A program made the position numbers and the translations under genes. From a bacterium (GTDB lineage: Bacteria; 4484-113; JAFGCY01): DNA of 64,000 nt. A model generated the notes under the pieces. It saw only the letters and a list, made by a program, of their open reading frames with translations, had not been told where the DNA came from and searched no databases. Location of the stretch: NCBI GenBank assembly GCA_020440645.1, contig JAGRNR010000009.1:5092-69091 (forward strand), read 5' to 3'. Of this stretch, positions 34,944-42,558 are shown piece after piece (position 1 is the first letter of the stretch; each line of letters starts with the position of its first letter).

Positions 34944-36715
34944 CCGGTCCAGCTCACCTCCCGGCGGGGCTGCGGATGTCGGCGCTGCACGAACAGGATG
35001 CGCCAGGCCATCAGGAGGATGAACAGGCCGAAGAACAGGCACAGCACGTTGTAGCCCCAGAAGAAGGCCTTCTCGGGGACTGTCATCACCGCCAGTGCTT
35101 CAGCTGTTGTCAGCGTCTGGTACTGGGTGACGCGCTGCAGGGCGGTCACGTCGACATCGGAGACGGCCAGCTGGTTCGCGCTGAACCAGGGATGGCGGTT
35201 GACGACGCCGAGCGCGGTGGCCGCCATCACGACCACGCTGGCCGGCAGCAGGAACTTCCAGGAGAAGAACATGATCTGGTCCACGCGGATGCGCGGCATC
35301 GTGGAGCGCGCCCATATGAAGAAGAAGCACACGGCGTAGGTCTTCAGCAGGAACCAGAACAGGCTCGTCAGCCACAATCCGTCGGGGCCGAGGAACATCG
35401 GGCCCTTCCAGCCGCCGAAGAAGCAGACGGTCATGATCGCGCTGACGATGAACACGTTGGAGTACTCGGCGACATAGAACAGCGCGAAGCGCATCCCGCT
35501 GTACTCCACCAGGTAGCCGCCCAAGAGCTCGTTCTGCGCTTCCGGCAGGTCAAAGGGCGGGCGGTTGGTCTCGGCAAGGCTGACAACGAGGTAGATGATG
35601 AAGGCCGGGAACAGCGGCAGGATGCCCCAGGTCATCGTCTGGCGCTGCACGATCTCCGTCAGGTTCAGCGAACCGGCAAAGATGGCAACGCACAGCAGGC
35701 TCATCAGCATCGGGATTTCGTAGGTCAGCAGCATCGCGGCCTCGCGCATCGCGCCGACCAGTGCATATTTGTTGTTGGAGGCGTAGCCGGACATGATCAC
35801 GGCCACGAGGAACATCGCAAAGTCGGCGATGATCAGGAGCAGGCCGACATTCAGGTCCTGGATCATGTAGTAGATGATCTGCCCGTCGACAGCCGCCACG
35901 CCGAACGGGATCACCACCCAGCTCAGGAGCGCCGGCAGGTAGACGAGGATCGGCGCGATCAGGTACAGCAGCTTGTCAGCGCTGAGCGGAACGGTGTCTT
36001 CCTTGAAGAAGATCTTGATCGTGTCGTAGAAGCCCTGGCGCCAGTAGTAGCGCAGCATGTAGCTCATGTAGAGCACGAAGGCGACCACGGTGCACAGCAC
36101 GGTGAGCTGCGGCAAAAACGGGATGTGCGCCTTCGGGATGAAGCCCAGCAGGAGAGCGACGAGCATGCCACCGCAGGACGCGAGGGATGGCCAGGCCAGC
36201 AGTGACAGCAGCGTTGCCAGGAAGCGCCAGACGGAGGTCTGCGCGGCCTGCATCCGGCCGAGCGCTGGCAGGATCATCAAGCGGTTGATCAGCCCCATCA
36301 TGCCCACGGCGAAGAACAGGATGATCCAGCCGCCGAACTGTTGCCAGCCGGCGGTGCCGCCGGTCCAGTAGTTGATGCCGTACAGCAGCGCGGGCAGGCC
36401 GATCAGCACGCCGATCTGCAGGAAGATCCGCCGGAAGCGCTGCGGGGTGACCTCGCCGTACTCCTGCGGGCCGCGGCGGCCCTGCATGCGCGCCATCAGG
36501 CGGCGTTCCCAGACCTGCAGGCCGATGGTGATCATCAGCTCCAGGAGGAAGATCAGCAGGAGCGCCGTCACCAACATGATGCCGTTGGCAACCTCCGGGC
36601 TGAAGCGCAGGCCGGGCAGCGGCTCGGTGTTGAGCCAGGCGCGCATCGCCTCCCAGACGGTGCGGGCCTCGTCCATGTCGTAGCGCTGCTGCAGGATTGC
36701 CAGCATCGGGAGCAT
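34940..36715 (-). CDS. nuoH: NuoH/ND1 homologue, enlarged (591 aa) by a multi-TM insertion after TM1
   Basis: WERRLMARMQGRRGPQ, then about 170 inserted residues, then IKIFFKED, SLAETNRPPFDLPEAQNELLGGYLVEYSG and ARSTMPRIRVDQ. The ATG at 36715 overlaps the nuoD stop (TGATG). Confidence 0.85.
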   Translation of the reverse strand: MLPMLAILQQRYDMDEARTVWEAMRAWLNTEPLPGLRFSPEVANGIMLVTALLLIFLLELMITIGLQVWERRLMARMQGRRGPQEYGEVTPQRFRRIFLQIGVLIGLPALLYGINYWTGGTAGWQQFGGWIILFFAVGMMGLINRLMILPALGRMQAAQTSVWRFLATLLSLLAWPSLASCGGMLVALLLGFIPKAHIPFLPQLTVLCTVVAFVLYMSYMLRYYWRQGFYDTIKIFFKEDTVPLSADKLLYLIAPILVYLPALLSWVVIPFGVAAVDGQIIYYMIQDLNVGLLLIIADFAMFLVAVIMSGYASNNKYALVGAMREAAMLLTYEIPMLMSLLCVAIFAGSLNLTEIVQRQTMTWGILPLFPAFIIYLVVSLAETNRPPFDLPEAQNELLGGYLVEYSGMRFALFYVAEYSNVFIVSAIMTVCFFGGWKGPMFLGPDGLWLTSLFWFLLKTYAVCFFFIWARSTMPRIRVDQIMFFSWKFLLPASVVVMAATALGVVNRHPWFSANQLAVSDVDVTALQRVTQYQTLTTAEALAVMTVPEKAFFWGYNVLCLFFGLFILLMAWRILFVQRRHPQPRREVSWTG

Positions 36716-37866
36716 CACTTGTCGACCTCCCCGATCATGATGTCGAGGCTGCCGTAGATCACGAACAGGTCCGCCAGCAGGTAGCCGCGGCACAGCTCGT
36801 CCAGCAGGAACAGGTGGTACAGGCTCGGCGCACGCAGGTGCATGCGGCTCGGGCGGTTGCTGCCGTCGCTGACGAGTGTCAGGCCGAGCTCGCCGCGCGG
36901 GCTCTCGACCGCCGTGTAGACCTCGCCGCGTGAGACCTGCATCGCAGCGAAGTCTGGGCTGACATCCGCCGCCCGCAGCTCGCCGTTGTCAATGTAAGCC
37001 AGGCAGTGCTCAATGATGCGCAGGCTCTCGCGCATCTCGACGAAGCGCACGCGGTAGCGGTCCAGCACATCGCCATACTCGCCGGTCGGCACATGCAGCT
37101 CCAGCTCGCCGTACATCGCATAGGGCTGGTCGCGGCGCAGGTCATGCGCGATCCCGCTGCCGCGCAGCACGGGCCCGGTGGCACCGTGCTCGAAGGCGAA
37201 CTCGGGCTCGAGCGTGCCGATCAGCTCGCTGCGGTTGACCCAGATCGCGTTGTCAGAGAAGAAGTCCTCGTATTCATCCAGCCGGCCCTGGAACCACAGG
37301 CAGAATGCCCGCACATGGCCGCTGAAGTCCTCCGGCGGGGCAGTGCGCACGCCGCCGGGCACGATCCAGCCGTGGTGGTGGCGGTGCCCGCTGAGCATCT
37401 CCAGCAGGTCGAGCAGCATCTCGCGCTCGCGCAGCGAGATGAAGATCGGGGTGTAGGCGCCGGCCTCCAGGCCGAGGTTGCCAAACCAGAACAGGTGGTT
37501 GCCGATCCGGCTCAGCTCCAGCACAAGGGTGCGCAGCCACTGCGCACGGGCCGGAACCGTGATCCCCTCGATGCGCTCGATGGCGTCCGCCACCAGCCAG
37601 TCCGCATTGCTGCCGGCCAGCCACTCGCAGCGGGACAACAGCCCCGCCGCCTGGGCGTAGTTGCGCTGGGTCACCAGCTGCTCCACGCCGCGGTGCATGA
37701 AGCCGACCTCCGGCGTGATGCGCTCGATCAGCTCGCCGTCCGCCTGTACCCGCAGTTCCAGCGGGCTCGGCAGGCTCGGATGCTGCGGGCCGACGGAGTA
37801 GACCAGCTTCTCGGTCAGCAGCGGGTCGCGGCGGATCTCGACACGGCGATCAGAGCTGCGCGTCAT
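36715..37866 (-). CDS. nuoD: NuoD / 49-kDa / NiFe-hydrogenase-large-subunit-like protein lacking quinone-ligand and NiFe-ligand residues
   Basis: GPQHPSLPSPLEL (canonical GPQHPxxHGVLRL), GFMHRGVE, SRCEWL (canonical RxDY), REREMLLDLLE, SPRGELG, RAPS and C-terminal DIMIGEVDK. GGGAGGTG lies 6 nt before the ATG at 37866. Confidence 0.85.
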   Translation of the reverse strand: MTRSSDRRVEIRRDPLLTEKLVYSVGPQHPSLPSPLELRVQADGELIERITPEVGFMHRGVEQLVTQRNYAQAAGLLSRCEWLAGSNADWLVADAIERIEGITVPARAQWLRTLVLELSRIGNHLFWFGNLGLEAGAYTPIFISLREREMLLDLLEMLSGHRHHHGWIVPGGVRTAPPEDFSGHVRAFCLWFQGRLDEYEDFFSDNAIWVNRSELIGTLEPEFAFEHGATGPVLRGSGIAHDLRRDQPYAMYGELELHVPTGEYGDVLDRYRVRFVEMRESLRIIEHCLAYIDNGELRAADVSPDFAAMQVSRGEVYTAVESPRGELGLTLVSDGSNRPSRMHLRAPSLYHLFLLDELCRGYLLADLFVIYGSLDIMIGEVDK

Positions 37867-38431
37867 CAAGCACCTCCCGCATCGCCGCGTCCGCGCGCTG
37901 TTTCAGCACGTTTTCAGCGTAGTTCTCATGTGAGGCAGCCCTGAACTCCCGCCTGAGCGGGAAGCCCTGCAGCTGCGGGTCGAGGATCAGGCCAATGAGG
38001 TTAGGGTTGCCGGCGAAGGGGATGCCGAAGAACTCGAAGATCTCGCGCTCCATCAGCTCCGTGGCCCGCCAGATCAGGCTCAGGCTGGGGTGCACGCTCT
38101 GCCCGGCATAGGCCGGCGCGGCCTCGCTGTCCTCCCCGCCCGGATCCGTTGCCGGGGGATTGCCCTCCAGCAGGGTGAATTTCCATTTCAGTGTGAGGCT
38201 GACGTCATGCCGCCTGCCGTGCCTGAGCGTCAGGTAGAGGTGGAAGTCCGGCCCGCCGAGGTGGTTGGCGGTCATGTTCAGCGCACGGATGAAGCCGATG
38301 TTCTTCAGCTGGCGGCAGACCAGCGGCAGCTGGCCGCTGTCCGTCAGGATCGCCCAGCCGCGGGCGGGGTCCAGCAGCAGCACATCACCGCAGTCCTCAC
38401 GGATCTGACCGGCAAGCTCATCAGGGAGCAC
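37850..38431 (-). CDS. nuoC: NuoC / 30-kDa subunit homologue
   Basis: SLSLIWRATELMEREIFEFFGIPFAGNPNL and GFPLRREF. GGAGG lies 5 nt before the GTG at 38431. The track uses the TTG at 38434. Confidence 0.8.
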   Translation of the reverse strand: MLPDELAGQIREDCGDVLLLDPARGWAILTDSGQLPLVCRQLKNIGFIRALNMTANHLGGPDFHLYLTLRHGRRHDVSLTLKWKFTLLEGNPPATDPGGEDSEAAPAYAGQSVHPSLSLIWRATELMEREIFEFFGIPFAGNPNLIGLILDPQLQGFPLRREFRAASHENYAENVLKQRADAAMREVLDDAQL

Positions 38432-38537
38432 CAAGTCCTCCCCATCCTGGCTGGATTACGGCAATCGGCATACAGGTATAAACGATCAAAAGCCCCACAG
38501 CGTTACCTTATACATACAAAATGCAAAGGCTTTTGTA

Positions 38538-38543
38538 ATTCTA
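38538..38543 (-). promoter_or_regulatory. Putative -10 box TAGAAT in the AT-rich region upstream of nuoC
   Basis: The + strand reads attcta, about 106 nt upstream of the nuoC start. It implies that nuoC..M is transcribed separately from nuoAB. Confidence 0.35.
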
Positions 38544-38689
38544 GCCGATGGGGCAGCGCTGATCACCGCCTGCAGGCAATTGGTTGAAGGGCGTGTGGGT
38601 CTGCCAGCCCAATTGTTAACAGCGGGAAAATCAAAGTAAAGTCCCGATTCAATTAGTTGATTCATTATCTTGCGAGCCTGGATAATTTC

Positions 38690-38695
38690 TATAAT
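38690..38695 (+). promoter_or_regulatory. Putative -10 box TATAAT for the membrane-protein/histidine-kinase pair
   Basis: The + strand reads TATAAT, 54 nt before the ATG at 38750. Confidence 0.35.
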
Positions 38696-38749
38696 TCAAA
38701 TCGTCAGACCCAGTCTGTACCGGTTGAATTCAAGATTCCAGGTCAAGGC

Positions 38750-39025
38750 ATGCCACAGCAGCATGAATTAATTACTGCAATCCTCGGACTTGGCGTGTTG
38801 TTGCTGATGATCGTGCAACGCCGCCAGCTGCGGCTCATCCCTGACTACCGCTGGCTGTTCCTCTCCTACTGCCTGATCCTGCTGGCCTGGCTGCTGACCA
38901 TTGCGGAAGATTACTGGCTGCCGGTCTACATGAACCTGCTGGAGCATATCTGTTACCTGGCCAGCGCAGCGCTGGTCGCCTGGTGGACACAGAAGTTCCT
39001 CAGAAGGGAAGCGCCACAGCAATGA
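38750..39025 (+). CDS. Small 3-TM membrane protein resembling the kinase sensor membrane domain
   Basis: MPQQHELITAILGLGVLLLMIV... The segment IPDYRWLFLSYCLILLAWLL parallels RRDYLWCLIILLVVLGL in the kinase. ATGA overlap with the kinase start. Confidence 0.6.
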   Translation: MPQQHELITAILGLGVLLLMIVQRRQLRLIPDYRWLFLSYCLILLAWLLTIAEDYWLPVYMNLLEHICYLASAALVAWWTQKFLRREAPQQ

Positions 39026-40836
39026 GCATGCTGCTGACGGTGTTTGACCTGCTGAGCCTGCTGGCCGTGCTGTCTGCACTGTGGCTGGCGGCAGCCAGGC
39101 GGATTGCCGGCCTGCGGCGTGACTACCTGTGGTGCCTGATCATCCTGCTGGTGGTGCTGGGTCTCAACTTCCTCAGCAACCTGCTGGACAACAGCGGGCT
39201 GAGCCCCTGGCTGGAGCGCTTCGAGGACTACCCCGGACTGCTGCAGCCGGTGTTCTGGGGCATCCTCCTGATGAGCCTGGTGCAGGACCGCGCCCTGCGC
39301 CGCACCGAGCTCTCTGAACAGCGGCTGCGCGGCCTGCTGGACGCGATGCGTGACGGGGTTGCCACTATTGACCCGGGTGGCGTGTTCCGCTTTGCCAACC
39401 CGGCGGCCGCGGAAATCCTCGGGGTTGCCCACGGCAGCCTTAGCGGCCGCAGTCTGGACGAGTTCTGGCTGGCTACCGAATCGCATACTTGCCGGATGCT
39501 GCCACATTCCCCGGGCCAGGATTACAGCGCCTACGAATGCGGCATCCGCCATGGCAGCGGCGACAGCCTCGTGCTGCTGCTGCAGGTCTCGCCGATCCCG
39601 GGCCAGCCCCGCCAGCGCCTGCTGTTCATGCATGATGTGACCCCGCTGCGCCGGGCCGAGCACAGCCTGCAGCAGGCCCAGGCCCAGCTCGGACAGGCCC
39701 AGCGGCTGGAGGCGATCGGCACGCTGGCCAGCGGCATCGCCCATGACTTCAACAACATCCTGTTCGCGATTTCCGGCAACAGCCAGATCGCGCTGGATAC
39801 TGAGGGACTGACCGTCGATGCGCGGGAGAGCCTGCGCGAGATCGACACCGCCAGCCGCCGCGCCTCCGACCTGGTGGCGCAGATCCTCAACTTCAGCCGC
39901 AGCGAGAAGAGCCGGACACGGGACCTGTTGCCACTTCCGGTTGTCAAGGAAGTGCTGCGCCTGCTGCGCTCCACCGTGCCGCCGCAGGTCAGCATCCAGC
40001 TCAGCCATGACGAATCGACGTGCCGGATCCATGCCGACCCGACCGACCTGCACCAGCTGCTGATGAACCTCTGCACCAATGCGATCCAGGAGATGGCGGT
40101 GGAGGGCGGGACGCTGCGGGTCCGGTTGGAGTGCAGCAATCCACCGCCGACACTGGCCGAGCGGGGAATGCTGCAGCCTAAACCACACCTGATGCTCAAG
40201 GTCAGTGACACGGGGGGCGGTATTCCACCGGATGCGCTGCCGCACATCTTCGAGCCCTTCTTCACGACCAAGCCAAGCGGTGAGGGCACCGGTCTAGGGC
40301 TGTTCGTTGTCAGCGGGATCGTCAAGCGCCTGCAGGGACAGATCGAGATTGACAGCGAACCGGGCCATGGCAGCAGCTTCACGGTCTGGCTGCCGCTGTC
40401 CAGCGGGGCCGCTGATGCCGACGATGCCGGGCCGGGGCAGGCCACCGGCCGCGGCCGGGGCCGGCTGCTGGTGGTTGACGACGAGCCGGCGGTCAACCGG
40501 GTGCTGGCGCTGATGCTCGGCCAGCTCGGCTACAAGGTGACAACCTATAGCGACAGCTACCGCGCGCTCAGTGAGTTCCAGACCAACCCGGAGCAGTACG
40601 ACCTGCTGCTGTGCGACATCTCGATGCCGGGCCTGCGCGGCGATGAACTGGTGAAGCGGATACGCTCCGTTCGCCCAGGCCTGCCGGTGGTGCTGTGCTC
40701 CGGCAATCCGGATGTTCTGCCTCCGGGCAGTGCAACTGAACTGGGTGTGCATGCAGTGCTTAAGAAACCGGTTGACAAGCCACAGCTGGCGGATTGCATC
40801 GCCGAGGCACTTGGCAGTAACCGTGCACAGGCCTGA
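39022..40836 (+). CDS. Hybrid sensor histidine kinase (TM sensor, PAS, HisKA, HATPase_c, receiver)
   Basis: LASGIAHDFNNIL (H box), LMNLCTNAIQE (N), DTGGGIP (G1), GTGLGL (G2). Receiver RLLVVDDEP...LLLCDISMPG...VLKKPV. Confidence 0.9.
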   Translation: MSMLLTVFDLLSLLAVLSALWLAAARRIAGLRRDYLWCLIILLVVLGLNFLSNLLDNSGLSPWLERFEDYPGLLQPVFWGILLMSLVQDRALRRTELSEQRLRGLLDAMRDGVATIDPGGVFRFANPAAAEILGVAHGSLSGRSLDEFWLATESHTCRMLPHSPGQDYSAYECGIRHGSGDSLVLLLQVSPIPGQPRQRLLFMHDVTPLRRAEHSLQQAQAQLGQAQRLEAIGTLASGIAHDFNNILFAISGNSQIALDTEGLTVDARESLREIDTASRRASDLVAQILNFSRSEKSRTRDLLPLPVVKEVLRLLRSTVPPQVSIQLSHDESTCRIHADPTDLHQLLMNLCTNAIQEMAVEGGTLRVRLECSNPPPTLAERGMLQPKPHLMLKVSDTGGGIPPDALPHIFEPFFTTKPSGEGTGLGLFVVSGIVKRLQGQIEIDSEPGHGSSFTVWLPLSSGAADADDAGPGQATGRGRGRLLVVDDEPAVNRVLALMLGQLGYKVTTYSDSYRALSEFQTNPEQYDLLLCDISMPGLRGDELVKRIRSVRPGLPVVLCSGNPDVLPPGSATELGVHAVLKKPVDKPQLADCIAEALGSNRAQA

Positions 40837-40884
40837 CGGGCGGGCGCGTCAGTGCTTTGTGATATACATGGGGAGGAGGCAGGC

Positions 40885-41250
40885 ATGGCGAAGAAGAAGT
40901 TCGAGGATGTGGACCCGCAGGTGCTGGCGGCCTACATGAAGATGATCGGGGGCGTTGAAGGGGTCGAGGCCAAGGGGGCCGCCGCGCCGTACACCTCCCT
41001 GAATGGCAATATGTACTCCAGTATCTCGAAGTTCAACGAGATCGGCCTGCGGCTGGCGAAGGATGAGCGCGAGGCCTTCCTCGAGAAGTACGACACCCGG
41101 CTCTACCACTCCATCCCCGGATATGTGCAGCGGGAGTATGTCACCGTGCCGCCTGCACTGTTTGGCAACACACGCACTCTGCGCAGCTGGTTCCGGAAGT
41201 CCTACGACTACGTCTCATCACTGCCGGCGAAGCCCACGAAGAAGAAGTAG
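40885..41250 (+). CDS. Small cytoplasmic protein (121 aa), possibly TfoX-N/YjbR-like fold (tentative)
   Basis: GGAGGAGG at 40872..40879, 5 nt before the ATG at 40885. Sequence MAKKKFEDVD...PYTSLNGNMYSSISKFNEIGLRLAKDEREAFLEKY...REYVTVPPALF...LRSWFRKSYDYV. Confidence 0.55.
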   Translation: MAKKKFEDVDPQVLAAYMKMIGGVEGVEAKGAAAPYTSLNGNMYSSISKFNEIGLRLAKDEREAFLEKYDTRLYHSIPGYVQREYVTVPPALFGNTRTLRSWFRKSYDYVSSLPAKPTKKK

Positions 41251-41313
41251 CGGGAAGGATTTCGGCGCTCGCTTGTCGGCAGTAGCGGGCGCGCTTGGCG
41301 ACGCCATGGAGTG

Positions 41314-41471
41314 ATTGCCGCGAAGCAATGAGTGATGGTGTGTTGGTCTGCAGACCAACAGGGCCCTGTGGCTCTCAAGAGCCACACTCCGCCGCGTGCG
41401 CGCAGCCACGCGGAAAGCCCCTCTGCAATGAGCAATGCGGAGCAAGCAATGAGCCCGACGACACTCATTGC
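41314..41471. repeat. Cluster of five hairpins/palindromes with recurring GCAATGAG motifs in a 490-bp non-coding gap between convergent genes
   Basis: Hairpins: attgc..gcaat (41314..41329); a perfect 20-bp palindrome tgttggtctgcagaccaaca (41341..41360); tgtggctct ca agagccaca (41367..41386); ccgcgtg..cacgcgg (41392..41413); gcaatgag..ctcattgc (41446..41471). The motif gcaatgag occurs at 41325, 41425 and 41446. Confidence 0.6.
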
Positions 41472-41741
41472 CAGACTCTGCGGCTCTGCGTTCACCAATA
41501 TCGCTCCACCCCAGCCGCATTGCCAACCAAGTGCAGGCTAGCCTCAGCCCAGTCAAACTGGAGAATTGTCAACACAGAGCCACCGAGCGCACAGAGTTTT
41601 CTGATCAGCTCCAGTCCCCGCATTTCCCTGACTTCGCTGCATCCCCTCCCAATCGCGGCTGGGCCGCGCCGGTTCTTCCGGTAACCCTGACCCTTGTTCT
41701 TCAGGTTGACTGATTCACTGGGAAATCCGAGACGAGCCAGT

Positions 41742-42539
41742 CTATGAATACAGAAGATCCTCAAAATCCTCCGTCAGCTCTCCATGGAAAGTAGGGTAGT
41801 CAACCCTCCGGACATTGCGCCGCCATGGTCGCGGCCCCAGCTCGCTGCTTGTAAGCAGCTTGAGGTGAAGCGGATCGACATCTGTTGCCAGGCTGCATTC
41901 CGATCCGATGATCCCGTCTTTGTCCATGAAGTCCGTGTTTGGCCAGATATTGAAACTGCGACCGGATGACGTCCGGATCGAAGTCGGATTGAAGCCCATG
42001 GCAATCTCCATGGCATTGTAGCTTTCCCTGCGGATATCCAGCGGCAGGGCAAACCTTGACTGCTCAACATGCGCTGCATCCGACAATGCAGACTCTCCCT
42101 TTTGCCATTCGGGAAGGGGCATCGAGGCACTCAGGATGACAAAGGCCTTCTCTTGCCAGACGCCCGCATGATCCCTGACACAGCATGGGAACATCAGCCA
42201 CTTCATCCGCCGTTGAAACGCCGCGAATCCCACGCTGCCAATGTTCAGCAGCAGTTCCGCAAGCACTTTCGCCGGTTTCTCCATACCGGCATCCCAGGAC
42301 CTGGCCTTATCCAGGCAGCCTGCCGGAATTCTGAGCAGAAATCCCGATGCATGATCGAGATACCAGTCGGCATTGCATCTGGTGCAGATGTGCAGGATTC
42401 CGCGTTGCCAGCTTTCCCTGCGGATGATGAGCTTGTGCAGTTTGAAGTATGGGGTTTCCTCCCGGACACTTGCAGGAGGATCAGGATCCCAGGGGAGTGA
42501 TTCCCTGACCTGACAAGGGCAGCTGGCCTTGATACTCAT
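41742..42539 (-). CDS. Hypothetical Cys-rich protein (265 aa), lower GC, 19 nt downstream of nuoB
   Basis: Clean ORF MSIKASCPCQVRES...HICTRCNADWY..., with possible Zn-ribbon-like CPC/CxxC pairs. Codon third positions are visibly less GC-rich than in the neighbours. Confidence 0.6.
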   Translation of the reverse strand: MSIKASCPCQVRESLPWDPDPPASVREETPYFKLHKLIIRRESWQRGILHICTRCNADWYLDHASGFLLRIPAGCLDKARSWDAGMEKPAKVLAELLLNIGSVGFAAFQRRMKWLMFPCCVRDHAGVWQEKAFVILSASMPLPEWQKGESALSDAAHVEQSRFALPLDIRRESYNAMEIAMGFNPTSIRTSSGRSFNIWPNTDFMDKDGIIGSECSLATDVDPLHLKLLTSSELGPRPWRRNVRRVDYPTFHGELTEDFEDLLYS

Positions 42540-42558
42540 GGTTCATGGTAATGCGATC

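Noticed and set aside
36715-37866. NuoD-like gene as the large subunit of a group-4 membrane-bound [NiFe] hydrogenase
   Set aside because: Both Cys pairs (N-terminal RxCGxC and C-terminal DPCxxC) are absent, and no hyp maturation genes or small-subunit Fe-S ligands are present.
41295-41684. ORF 41295..41684 (129 aa) and the overlapping ORFs in the hairpin-rich gap as real genes
   Set aside because: The Cys/Pro/Arg/Ser-rich translations have no motifs or SD/-10 context, and the ORFs are built across palindromes.
38432-42558. The block splitting the nuo-like locus as a mobile element or genomic island
   Set aside because: It has no integrase, transposase, tRNA or flanking direct repeats. The kinase gene has typical GC-rich codon usage, and only the 41.25-42.55 kb part is compositionally different.
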